Positions 12,312-24,571 of a stretch of DNA of 64,000 nucleotides are shown here, in pieces (the stretch's first letter is position 1; each line of letters starts with the position of its first letter). The notes beneath the pieces are model-generated. The model worked only from the letters and a program-made list of their open reading frames with translations, did not search any database and was not told where the DNA came from. This DNA is from Curvularia clavata (lineage: Eukaryota). The position numbers were made by a program, and so were the translations under genes. Where the stretch lies: contig CP089277.1 of assembly GCA_023920165.1 (NCBI GenBank), forward strand, positions 4,030,001-4,094,000. Reading direction: 5' to 3'.

Positions 12312-13505
12312 AATCCAGGCCAAGAAGCTTTTGCAACAAGTCTGTTGATTGATATCATGGCCAGCCGTGTTTTGCACTGCACGCATGGCGGGCGACACAG
12401 GCAACCCAGGCCACGTCTCCACTTAGCTGGATCCAAAGTTCCGGAAGCCCTGCTAAGCGCTTGGATGCACCCGCGCCGTTACGCCTAGACCGTTTTTCCT
12501 TTTCCCCCTCTGCGCTCTTTGAATGTTGTGCATTCGGCGAAACATTCCTAGCGTCCCTTTGGCCGTAGGCACCTGAAGCCGAGCCGTTTGGAGCTTTGGA
12601 GCCTTGGGGCTTTAGAGTCCATGGGCATGCAGAGGAAAGGGGGCAGGGAGTGGCTTTGGTTATCACTCTCGATGCCTCTCCCTGTCTGTCTGTGTACCTT
12701 TGGTCATGACAGGATGACAAAATGCGCAGTTTGTGTGCACGAATTTGCTATCTACCCCCCCAATGACGCAAAGATGCGTATGGGAAAAACTGGCGTTTTG
12801 TTTCTATTTGCGGCGACTACCCTCTCCGTCTGGCGTTTCGGCATGTCTAAGAATATGATACCTCGGTTTCCCTTTTGAAGAAAAAATGCAGTAGTGGTAT
12901 TTGTGGAGCCCGGCCCGGCATTGTGGTGGTTACAGGGTGGTGTTTGGAGGTGGGCGGCAATGGCTCGGCATGACGGCATGGGCGGCTGTTGGGCCGGAGC
13001 CTGATGCCGTGGCTGGCTATTGTATGATTTCACCCATGTTTTCGTATCTTTTTGTTTGCTTTCTTTTTTCACGTCCCTTGTACCTGGCGTGCTCGTTGAC
13101 GAGCATTTTGATTGATCTAGCGAGCAACTGGGATGAAAGGTGTCTCCTCTCCAACATGCACATGGGCGCAGGCACAGGTGGTATACATATAATAGCTGGG
13201 ATATAGCGAACCCCACTTTGAATGATAGACTTTAAGCGTGGCAAACAAAGCAAGACTGCATGGACATGTGTATATGGGGTGATTATGGGTGAGGCATGCC
13301 ACGCGTCGTTACCGAGTGGATGGGTGTTTCAAGGAGGACAGAGGCAGAGGGGCAATTGAAGAAGTCGGGCGCGTATGGTTTCAGGAGGTGCAGGGCTGGC
13401 GTGGTTAAGGGCCAGGATGGCGGACCGATGCCATGGCATTGAGCGTGCAAGCGAGCTGCAGGACGGCAAACACATGTCTAGGCAGCGCTGCACGATAGAG
13501 TTGAC

Positions 13506-13582
13506 GTGTATATATATGTATGTGTGTATGTGTGTATGTATGTATGTATGTATGTATGTATGTATATATGTCTGTCTGTCTG
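13506..13582. repeat. compound (TA)/(TG)/(TATG)n/(TCTG)n microsatellite
   Basis: gtgtatatatatgtatgtgtgtatgtgtgtatgtatgtatgtatgtatgtatgtatgtatatatgtctgtctgtctg. Confidence 0.9.
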
Positions 13583-13847
13583 TAGGTAAGCAACATGTCC
13601 GAGATGGGGGCTGACTCGTGCAGGACGTCGACTAGGAGAGCAGGTTTATCGAGACGAATAACGGATGGGGGGGATGGATATATGATACAGGATCGATGGT
13701 TGGAGTAGTTGGAGTGCATGGTAGATAGAGCCCTAGTCGGAGGGTCGTCAGTGGTGGTGAAGTTGATTGCGGCGATCCGGCGCGGTGGGTCGGACGTGGC
13801 TTCTCCCGTAAGCCGCGCCCTTGCCTTCCCGCGCGAACGAAGGAACA

Positions 13848-13878
13848 GACACACACACACTCACTCACTCACTCACAC
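13848..13878. repeat. (CA)n-(CACT)n microsatellite
   Basis: gacacacacacactcactcactcactcacac. Confidence 0.85.
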
Positions 13879-14370
13879 CTACGCCTACATACTACATAGT
13901 ACCATCTTCCGCTCAGTCTCAGCCACCCGGCCTGCTTCGCGCGCGCCTCGCCCGGTTCGCATCCATGGCGCACGCACATGGACATGTACACCCGAACCCA
14001 CAGCCAAGACGCTTTTATCTCGTCGAGCTGATTTGGGCGTCCATGCCAAAGTGAAGTGCCCTCAGGCGTCGCGCCCGCAAGAGTTGCTGGCAAAAGGCAC
14101 AAGAGAGGCGCATGGGCCCCCCCACCCGTGATTATCCGGGCCTTTTTCGGTCACACCCACACCCACGCCCACGCACCCCCCAGCCCTGGCAGACAAAAGT
14201 CAACGACACAGCTGGCCAGCGATCGACACGACCTTCTGCACCGCGGATTCTAGGCGACGCGTTGGCACCACGCCCGGTAGACATCGGCCGACCACTCCCA
14301 CGGGCTCGCTGTGACGCCGTGCCCATGGCCGTCTTCTGACCGCCAGTTCTGCCCCTTCAGTCTGTCCTTT

Positions 14371-14413
14371 GACACGACGCGACACGACACGACACGACAC
14401 GACACGACGCGAC
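14371..14413. repeat. (GACAC)n pentanucleotide tandem repeat
   Basis: gacacgacgcgacacgacacgacacgacacgacacgacgcgac. Confidence 0.9.
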
Positions 14414-16228
14414 GGATGCCATATCCGACCCCTCAGCCCTTGCATCGCACTCGATGCTCGCCTTCTTTTTGGGCTTCCCCAGGGCGCCGAATCACGTCGT
14501 GTCGTCAGGCACACCGGGGCGCAATGCGTCGCCCGTCGCCAGTCAGCGTGAGCTTCCGCCCACCCGTCTCACTTACCAGCCGCAGGGTTCTGCCGCCCAG
14601 CAGCCCAGCCAAGTGTGCCACTATTCTGCCTGTCCAGCCGCCTGCCCACTTACCTCTTCCTTACCACGCTGCCGGATAAACTTTGTCCGCCCAAGACATG
14701 CCTCACCTGCCTCACCTGCCACGCTCTAGGCGACAATGCCGCATCCGCCTGCTCCCACGCTCGCCACGCCCATCCATAGTAGTACGTCTGCTTCAGATTC
14801 TCTTATTCCCGTGCCCACATGATGACAACGCTGGGGCCAGAAGAGTTCCTCTCCCCGATTGCACTGCCCTCGGCAGAGTTAGGGGATTGCAGGAACCATG
14901 CTTTCACATCCAGCAACCTTACATCTTCTCACCTTGCCTGATACTACCCTACTATAATACTCGGCTACACCGCTAGCGCTGGAGCTTTGTGTCGTACATG
15001 GTTGTAGGCTAACAATTGGCCAGGATCCGTTTTAGCCTCCGAACCATTGCCACTACCAGCACCCGCCATGGCCGGCTTGCGAGCTTGTGGGGTTGACCCT
15101 ACCCAGCCCGTGCCTGAATCACGTAGCCTCTTGCTCGAGCTGAGCCTGACTGGCCACACCCCGACCTGCCCGCTGACACCGCTTTGCCTTTGTCTGTCCA
15201 AGACGGCCTCTCTCAAGCCCCGGAAATAATGCCCCTCCCAGTCTAGTCGATGCTCATGATTTCGCCAATCACGCCCGCCTGTCTCGCCGTTTACCAATCT
15301 TGTCCAAACGACGATGCATGTGCTTCTTGCTCTACCAAACTTACCTGCTCCTGGGTGCCTTCTAGTCTCTGCCATTCTGCCTTGTCTTTGCCGATCCTCA
15401 TCTACATCTCCCTTCCACCTACCCACTAGACTAGCTTCTTGCATTGCATGCTATCACATGTTCTGCAGAAACCCAAACTCTCTTCGTCGGCATTTCTCTT
15501 AGCTTTTCCCTCAAGACCAGGGTCCAGGGTTACATACGACATGACAAAAACCGGTCGGGTCCCGGGACTGCGTCTACGGGTGTTGCAGGCATATCCCTCT
15601 TTGCTAGTGTCTGAGCTAGGATACGCACAATATGTAAATGCTGTCCTTTTACATGGTTGTCAAAGTAGGATACGCTAACACTAACCCTTGTCATTATTTT
15701 CATCTGTCAAGAATCTGTTGGACGCTTAGAAGCACACTGTCGCTACCTGCAGTTGACGTCTGTAAACAATGCCACGTGATCGCATATTCGCAGTTGCAAA
15801 TCAACAGCAACCCAGTATCGAAGGAGCCTGCCTGCTGGTGTAACAATAGTCGGATGAAACTGCTGCACGGAAAGCACACCACTCACAGTCAAATCACCAT
15901 AGCAGTATTATGACCACTTTCACACATCATTCAAGTTGATCTGGAAACATTCGTGCTCGCATCGTGTCTTTCACCTCTAAAGTGCGTTCTTTCCAGGTTT
16001 GGTGGGTGCAGTTTTGTTCGATACACCGAGAGGCTGCTACCTGCCCTACGGCCTCATGCGACAGGTAAGAGCCACAGGTATGCACTGCACAAACCTGAAA
16101 AGAGCAAGCCCGTCATGGCCAGATAAAACCTGCTCAGGCGGCCGTTTTCTTCTTTTGCCTCCACCAACTCCATTTTTCTGCATCAGCTTCCACAACAGCC
16201 AGCCCAACAGTACTACCTTCTGAACATC

Positions 16229-17021
16229 ATGGTCGCCCGAATCTTTTCACCTAGTGCACAAACATCCCACGATGCAGGGGCTGCAACCCAGCATGGAAGA
16301 CACTTTTTCTGTCGAATCGCAGAGCTAGCAACTCACATGTTGCATCTCATCTCCACCAGTGTCGTCTTCGGCATCTCCATCTACTTCATTCACGAGTATC
16401 AATACGAAACCATTGCATCACCATTTTGGGCCGCGTTGGTAAGATTCACCGTCCGTTCCACATACCCACAAACTAACGCTTCCCCAGACTATCATGGACA
16501 TCTTTGTATGTTTCTATGCCTTGTTCCGCATCATGTTCCAGCCACGTGCCGGCGACGTTGCCCTCGTCATGTTCACGCTTGCTGGCCTCTGGCTAGCCGC
16601 GCTCGCATTCGCAACGAAGGACTATCTTGACAGCACATGCCCTATATCGTCCTACAACTTTGATGATTGCGACCTCAGGCGGACCCACATCGCCTTCTCG
16701 CTCCTGGCTTTGTGAGGATGTCTTTGCTTACGCTCTGTACTGTGCTAATGGCTGGATAGTTTGACAAGTCTCTTCACCATGGTCATGGCCATTGCACGCT
16801 GGAGGCACAATAGTCGGCTGACTCGGGTTGACGACAAGGCTAGCCAGACGTCGGCTCCTGTGGCTATTACGACGACGCCTTTTCCGGCACAAAATACTCC
16901 CTTTCCGGCTCACACAACTACAACGCTTCCTCGAAAGACTTCATTGGCCCCTCAAAACACACCGTCTCCTGCTCAGAAGTCTTCACTTGGTCCTCAGAAT
17001 ACGCCGTTTCCTGCTACCTAA
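16229..17021 (+). CDS. MARVEL-like four-TM membrane protein (3 exons) with repetitive Pro/Thr-rich tail
   Basis: Introns ~16439-16487 and ~16712-16759; four hydrophobic segments, Cys pair in the loop (TCPISSYNFDDCDLRRTHIAFSLLA); tail with repeated PQNTPFPA. Confidence 0.7.
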
Positions 17022-17424
17022 GCGTGTCAAAGTCCACCAACCGCGCACAAAAAAACGAGTACAGATGAGTAGGGCGCTAGGCATCAGGGCAACAACCTGG
17101 TTGGAATTTCGATGCGGAGCTTGAAGGAATACATGCCATGGATTGGTTGAGACCCTAGATTGTTGCTACTGTTTCCTATCGCGTTTTCCTCTTTCTATTT
17201 TCAGCTTTCTTCCGATGCCTTCACGGGCAGGAGGTTATTTGAGCAGCGCATGAATATTCTTCTGTTTTCTAGATCCAGTTCCGAAATTCAGCACCCTTTT
17301 CCTTTCTTGCAATACCTCCGCCCTTTTACGCTATTTGCTTGGTGAGATGCCCTTGAAAAATATAAGCTGATATCCAGTGCTGCAGACATTAAAATTCCCC
17401 AAACTCAATTCGATACAAGTAACA

Positions 17425-19695
17425 TCAGATGCGGCCGCGATCCAAAAACTTCTTTGGCAAGTCCACCGTCTTTGCACGCATATACTCCAGAGTATCTGCA
17501 AACGTCAGTTCAGCAATCCAAGTAACGTGAAACCTCGAAGAGAACTAGCATCTCTCCTCCACTAGTACTTACTTTTCCCCAATGTATCCAACTCAGAACT
17601 AGCATTATACCCGCGATCCAGCTGATCATGCAGCAGAAAATGCACGGCACGAATTCCCTTAATCTCAAACCGATCAATCGCCTTGCCCTTGTACTCGTCC
17701 GGTCCAAGCAACTGCTTCACTCGCTCCACCGTCATAAACGAGCGCAACCAATCCCACTCGTCGTCATGGCGGACAAAAAACCCACAGTTGCAATCTGACG
17801 CCTTGTCGCCCGAGCGCCCAGCAACTATATACCCCAGAGGCGCGCGCACCGTCTCTCCAAAAGTTGTGAGGTCGACTGGCGACTCCGTCTCGTATGAGGC
17901 CTGTTGACGGGGGTACTCTTTGGTTATCTTGGGCGGACTCAGCGACATAACAGCATTGTCGCCGAATAGATAGTGCACACGAAGCGGCAGCTGCTCCTGC
18001 GGTAAAAGCGCAACCCAGTACTCGTAGTACGGCTTTGGTGCGACTTGCCGCAGGTCGTTGGTGAGTGATAGACCTGGTGCGCATTGCAGGAAGACTTCAA
18101 GACACCAGCGATTGAATCCATTGGGAATGTCTGGGCGGACGAGTTCTGGGTCTGAAGACTGTGCGAAGACGCGGAAGTCGACAGTTGCAGCGTCTTGATT
18201 GCGGGCATCGAGGGGTGCAGATCCGATGGCGTGAAAGCGGAGGGTGGTGAAGCGGTGGATGTTTTCGCCCATGGCTGGTATTTGTGAGTCTGGTGGTTTT
18301 GATGGAGGAAAGTAATGTACGTACCGTATCGAATCTGGTCTTCAGTGACCTTACACTTTTCCTCGATATCCAGGCCACACATGTACATATGCCATTCGCA
18401 CTGCCAACCTGCCGGCGCTGTAATACCGACTTTAGTCGTCGGCGGAGGAGGTAGCCCCTTGACACCCGTAACGCGAACTCTGTCCTCTTCAATCTGCTCC
18501 ATTTTAACATTTGTCAGATCGGCTGTGACATCGCAGTTGTAATACAGTGGTCCTTGGATCTCGTAAAGTAGCTGTGAAGCACAGGATCCCACCGTTACGC
18601 ATCCTATTTCGCTCGTCAACATTTTTCATATCAGGGGAACATAGCGAACACAATACTCACCCCCACTATCCTTCTCTTTCGCAACAGTAAAAGTTCCGTC
18701 GTATTCGACCTCAGCAATCGGAAAGCCCATGTTAACATGTTTCCCCGTCTTGATCAAATCCTTGAACATGGAATAATATCCTCCACAGACATAACTTGAG
18801 CACTCGATCAAATGGCCCGCCACCAGCGCTCCTGCAAGTTCGTCGAATTGGTCGTCGTGCCACTCGTGCCACCACCTGTCCACCTCACCATTAGCTCTAT
18901 TGTCCCCCCCCCCCCCCACGAAATCCAGCAAAACAATAAGGGGAAGAAGAGATTTAGTACTCACGCTGCCGCTCCCACCACCGGCGCCGCATCCGCCACC
19001 CTCCCCGCAATCACCACATCCGCGCCCCCCCTCAGCGCCTCTGCTATACACAACCCCCCAAGATAAGCTTGAGCGCATAAAGGCTCCAATCCCCACTCCT
19101 CCAACCCCTTCCCATGCATCAAACTCTCGAATCGCTCCCCCTTTTGAATTAACCCCTGCACCTGCCCCGTCACATCGTCTCCCTCTATCCACGCTACTTT
19201 CAAATGCCCAGCACCGTTTTTCTGCAATAGATCGAGGACCACTTCCGCGAGAAGCTGGGTATCTGATGCCCCGGCGTTGACGGCGAGTTTGGTCCCGTTG
19301 CGTATGAGGTGGGGGATTGCCGGGATGAGACATTGGAGGAAGGTTTCGGCGTACATTGCTGTTTTCATGCGGTCTTCTAGCGTCTGAGGGGTATTCTTTT
19401 TGGTGGAGGTGGACGAGGTGTTGCGGATTTTGCCGCTGCCGTGTTGGGTCATGGTCATTTCGGAGAGCCAGTCGCCTGTGGGTGAGTGTAAGTTGGGATG
19501 TTCCGGGACTTTTGAGTTTTTTTTAAAGAGGGGCAGAAGGCAAGTACCCATTACGACGTCGACGTCTGGATCGCTGGCCATGCGGGTGATGGCGGTTGAG
19601 CGGTCAGTGAAGCCGCCTGAGCAGCCGGCGATGCGGACGGCGCGTTTGTGGGAGGCGGAGGGTGACATTTTGATGCGTTTGGGGGTTGGGGACAT
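17425..19695 (-). CDS. AtuA / DUF1446 (acyclic terpene utilisation) family protein, multi-exon
   Basis: VRIAGCSGGFTDR, GDWLSEMTM, KLAVNAGASD, ADVVIAGRVADAA, LAGALVAGHLIECS, QLLYEIQGPLYYNCDVTADL, GRSGDKASDCNCGFFVR, DRFEIKGIRAVHFLLHDQL; last exon ...EYMRAKTVDLPKKFLDRGRI* ends at 17425. Confidence 0.92.
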
Positions 19696-20334
19696 TAGTT
19701 CCGTCTATGAAATCCGGGTTGGCATGGGAAGAAGGGTATGAGTGAGTAACAGATGTTTCTTCGGAGAAGTTGCAGGCATGAATAGTTATATACATGTTTG
19801 GCTGAACCTTTGACGGACAAAAGGCAGCTCGTGCCCATCTTGGACATTGTTACTGGCCAATGGTAGGCAAGAGTGTTAGGTTCTACGACGTCCATCCTAC
19901 CCGTCTCGGAATGCGTTGCGGATAATAGTTCACGAGGGAAGACGATTTCCTGCGTGTGGTTGGGGCGGGGTTGCGGGGAAGATGAGGTTACTGAACACAA
20001 CATTCATGTCAGGAGATGGGTTTTTTCTTTGGAAATGCTGGATTATAAAGCGGTTCATACGCACGGGAACAACTCAAAGATGTGAATTGATATTCTCTAA
20101 AATATCTTCATTGAGTGGAATATGTTGAGATTTGTTTTACAAGATTCGAAGAGACGTAGGAAGTGTTGCCGTGTGAGGGTTGTAAACTATAAACATGAGT
20201 CATGCTCCTGTCCGTTCACAACCGACACGACTCGATACTATCTGGCCTTTGTCCCAGTTTGAAAATGCATGTACACTGACTTGCAGGTCTAAATCAGAAA
20301 TCCTCGCATTTATTTACACAAATACATAAACCAA

Positions 20335-22115
20335 CTAAATTCGTCCTTCATCCAAGATTTTCTCCCCAACACTCCCCTCACCCTCCAACCCCGGCATTGC
20401 CGCACCCTCCAATGCCTCCACTAGCTGCCTCGGTCCCACATATCCCTTGTTCCTAATCCAAAGATACCATCCTCCCAGCAAAATAGTAACTCCGCCCACC
20501 AGCGCGCTGGTGTAGTTCATCGTCGTAGTATCAAAAGGTACAGCAAAGGGAAAACAATAGATCGGGATCCAGACAATCATGTACGCACTCGCCAAACAGG
20601 CAACTGTGTAAAAGACAGGATCCGACATGGTGAAGGGGCCTTTAACGACGTGTCTGCGGCGAGAAAGGATGTTTGGCAGGATAAACGCGAGAAAAGACAA
20701 CGAAGTCAAGACGATCATTGAGCCGACAAACGCACTGAATGCAGTACTGCTGCCAATGTAAATGCAACCAAGGATCGTGTTGATGACACCACAGACCAAT
20801 GTGGCGTTGAATGGATTCTCCCACTTGCGATCTACCTTGCCGACCCATTTGCTAAAAGGCGTTGCGTCGTCGCGGCCGAGGGTCCACAGCATACGGCCGC
20901 TGGTAATGTAGCAGCCAATGTTTGTGCAAAAGGTAGGTAGGAAGATAACGATGAGGAGGCCGAGGGAGCCGCCGTGCGAATTTGTGGCTTGGCGGTAGAG
21001 TTCAGCGAGGGGGAAGGGCCAGGGGTTGGAGAAGAGGGCTTCGAGGTCGTTGACGGAGTAGAAGATTGCGATGAGATAGAGGAGGGCGGTTATGAAGCCG
21101 ACGGTATATTGGGCGAGGATTGCTTTCGGGATGTTGGTACGTGGACGGGGGAGTTCCTCAGCGAGGTGTGATACACAGTCACTTTAAGAAAAGGTGTTAG
21201 TATGCGACCAATGTATGGGCAAAGAAGGGTATACACACGGTGTACCAACGGCAAAGGCTCCATTGAGCATTCCAGCGCAAAAAACAAAGCCGTCGCTGCT
21301 CCATCCTGCTTGATTTGACCACTCTCGCCATACGAACTCGCTGCTCGCATATCCCTTGCCTGTCTGACTAGGCATTATTGCGCATACCATGATCGTAATA
21401 CATACGCCCAGCACTATGAAGAAGAGACCAATATTTGTAAGTTTCGGAAGGGCGCGGTTGGCGAACATGACGACTGCGCAGGAGAGCCAGGTGACGATGA
21501 GGTAGACGATAAAGACATGCCAGCGCTCGTACGCATAGCCCGGGTGGAACAAGCCGTACATGGAAATGACTTGATTGGCGAGGATAGAGGATATGGACGC
21601 TGTGCCGAAGATCCAGCCTAGGGCATTCCACCTGCTCGTGATTAGCTCTCATTTCCATCCCAATTCTTTGATGATATTGACGTACCATCCGGCATAAAAT
21701 CCAATGACCTTTCCGAATCGTGCACCACCCGTGACGCTCGCCCAATGATATACACCAGCAGAGGAAGGAATGGAAGACGCCATCTCTGCGATGCAGGCCG
21801 CAATCATGAAGTAGCAGCATGCTACAGCGATGAACTCGTAGATGACGCCTGCAGGACCGCCATTATAGAGAGCAATGACCTGGACAAAGTTAGACTCTGA
21901 GAGCGGCCCGGACGGGACAGACATACGATAGAACCACCCAGCGCAGCCCAAACGTTGCCAGTTGTAATGCCGATGGCGCAGATACTCAGTAAACTAAAGT
22001 TCCGCTCAAGCTCCTGTTTGTGCCCTGAGGCGTTGATCACCTCAGTAACGCCCGTCGCTCGATCGACATCCTCTGGCGTTTGTTTCTCCGAGGACGGCCT
22101 CTTTTCCAAGTCCAT
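20335..22115 (-). CDS. amino acid-polyamine-organocation permease, choline/GABA (HNM1/UGA4-like) type
   Basis: INASGHKQELERNFSLLS, NGGPAGVIYEF, AEMASSIPSSAGVYHWAS, GMLNGAFAVGTP, GRMLWTLGRD, MNYTSALVGG; several GT-AG introns. Confidence 0.92.
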
Positions 22116-23263
22116 GTTGACGGTTGGCTGATGGACAACGAGGAGTGTATGGGATGAAAGGGAAGAACAAAATTTTCTCTCGTACTTATCAACAGACACT
22201 CGGCAATCTGAAGCAGCGGCCTCGGAGGCCTCTATCTATGTACTGAAAATATAGCATGGCCTCTTCACGTAAGTACATGTGCTAAGCGACAAGGGAGAGA
22301 TAGCACTCCAAACAGCGCTTGCATGGTCTAAAAATGACGACAACTAAGGCGACCGGGCCAGGAGTCCAGGCGAGGGGTAAATGGATATGTACAAAATGAA
22401 CCTTGTCGGCATTTACATAGTGGAGGGGGGAGGCGTGCGTGGGCGGGTGAGGCTAGTCGAATTGTGCTGCTTGGAACTGATAAGGAACCCTGCCATGTAA
22501 GGCTAGCCGCAGGGTACAGATAATCGATCCCAGGGTAGAGATAATCAACCCTAGCGGGCTGGGGGTAAATGCTGTGTGGGAGCCAATAGGTGCATCTTCC
22601 GTGGAATATCGCGGAGATACGCGAGAATTGATTTTGATGGGCTGCGTGGTGGTCGAATAACAGGGTGAGGTAATGCGAGATAACGTTCCTGGTCCACTGC
22701 ACAATTTAGAGCCGGTAATAAAGTTATTATACCAGTCCAGAGCACGACTGGATATGAAAAAGCTGGAGCTGTGTTTTTGGTCTCCATGTTATGATTCGCA
22801 AGGCTGTTTGGGAATTGCGAGCCACTGCATACAGAGTGGTGTACCGGTGCCGTGCCGTCCCGCGGGTGTCTTCAGCCCCAATGAGTTTCATTGGCTTTTG
22901 GACATATCTGCAATGGAAAAGTTCTAGACACAAAAAAAACCATTGAAGAAACAGAACAAAATACGAATGACAGGGAGAGCGAGGAACATGTATGCAAAAA
23001 GCGGAAGAAGTAAGTCAGGTGATGCATTTGAGAAACAAGATTATGTTACAAAGAAAGCGAAGTGACATGCGCTATGCTGTGCCTTGAGTAGTATACACAG
23101 AGAAAACGCACCTGCAACTCCGAGCCCATATCGCCCTACCAGAGGACCATTGATTACTATTTGTCTTGTCCCGTAAAGCGTGAGCGACGCCGATTCTAAT
23201 GTCATTGCAAATGTCACGTCAAGTCATGCCGTGTGTGAAGAAGGAGAAGGAAAAGACGAGACG

Positions 23264-24067
23264 CTAAGCTGTGCGCATCTCGGTGTCGTCGGTGTCGTCG
23301 ACATCGCCAATCTTGCGCTTGCTGGGCGTGGCACTGCCCTCGTCGTCGACGTCGAGGCCGTCGCCTTCAGTCCACTCCGTGACTTCCCACTCGACATGAA
23401 CGCCACTGTCTGTGTGTCCTCCACGCTGCTGCTTGAAGCGTCCCAGCCGAGTATTGCGCACAATTTCTTCGAACCATGGAGCGCCGCGAGACTGCGGGCC
23501 TGGGCGGGCAAGGGTGCGGGAAGGGTTCGCGCGGGTTGGTGCAACAGATGTTACTTCGTCGTCATCGCTGCTGTCGCTGCTGGGCAAAAAGCCCAGGTCG
23601 CCCAGAAGCTCCTGGTCCTCATCAAGCAAGCTGCCGACAGTCAGGGAGATGTGCTCGGCCTCGTCGCGTGTGCGCTCGTTCCAGGACGTAAGTTGGGTGC
23701 CGCAATAACCACAGAACTGGCGGCGGGTGTGGGATGCAAAGGGTGATTCAAAGTTGCGCTTGATGCTCATTCGCGTCTCGTCAGGGAAGTGGGCAAAGGT
23801 GGCCGACGTGTACCAAGGCAGAGGCACGCGCAGCCAGAGAGTGAGGGGATTGGCGGCATGGTATCCTGCAGACCATCATGGCTGGTTAGCAACAGCACCG
23901 TCATGGCTGGAGGGGTGGTCGGTCAACTTACGCGACGCCGGTGTGTTGTCGTATCTCAACTCGGCCTGGCGCACCTGCTGTGGCGGAATCTCAATGACAT
24001 AGCGGTTGCGTCCGCAGGCACAGGAGCCGTGCAGTGTCTGCGTCGCCATGTCGGAAGAGGCTGCCAT
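23264..24067 (-). CDS. GFA/CENP-V (Mss4-like fold) protein with acidic C-terminus, 2 exons
   Basis: N-terminal LHGSCACGRNRY and RRQFCGYCGTQL motifs; intron ~23872-23927. Confidence 0.75.
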
Positions 24068-24571
24068 GGTTGATCTTTTGTGGTGTTTTCAAGGCAATTG
24101 AGGCGTGTAGATGTTTTGCGGGGTTGCGCGACCAAGGTGAGTGAGCGTGATGTCTGTTGCGCTGTGTGCCCCAGATGTTGCTCAACGGTCCGTGCTGCGA
24201 TTGGTCAGACAGTTTAGATAGAGACTACGCTGGCTACGTCTCAACTAATTGTACGTTTGGGCAGGTCGAGTCTTGCTGTCTTGGAGTGAATGGGAGATGA
24301 GTTATACCATACAGCTCAATCTCCGCGCTGCAGTCCAAGTGGCCGCCTGCCTGCATGCTCAGGCGTGGACATCGCGTCATTGGGTGGGGAAGCGGTCCAG
24401 AAAGGAACATTCGAGCATGCCCCAGCGTCTTCGCGAAACACGGCCATGATGCGCGTCTCGTCCATGTTCAGCTGAAACAAAACCAAAAACTTCAAATATG
24501 TACGTAGTGTATCAATATACTGGCCCTTGAAACCCTCGCCCCAAACCCATGGCATTCGCACGTGACCTGAC

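Noticed and set aside
14371..14413. CRISPR-like or other spaced repeat array
   Set aside because: Simple pentanucleotide tandem repeat without spacers, in eukaryotic DNA.
15531..15640. 5S rRNA-like start (ACATACGAC...AAAA..TCGGG.TCCCG)
   Set aside because: Similarity does not extend; internal conserved 5S blocks and terminal pairing are absent.
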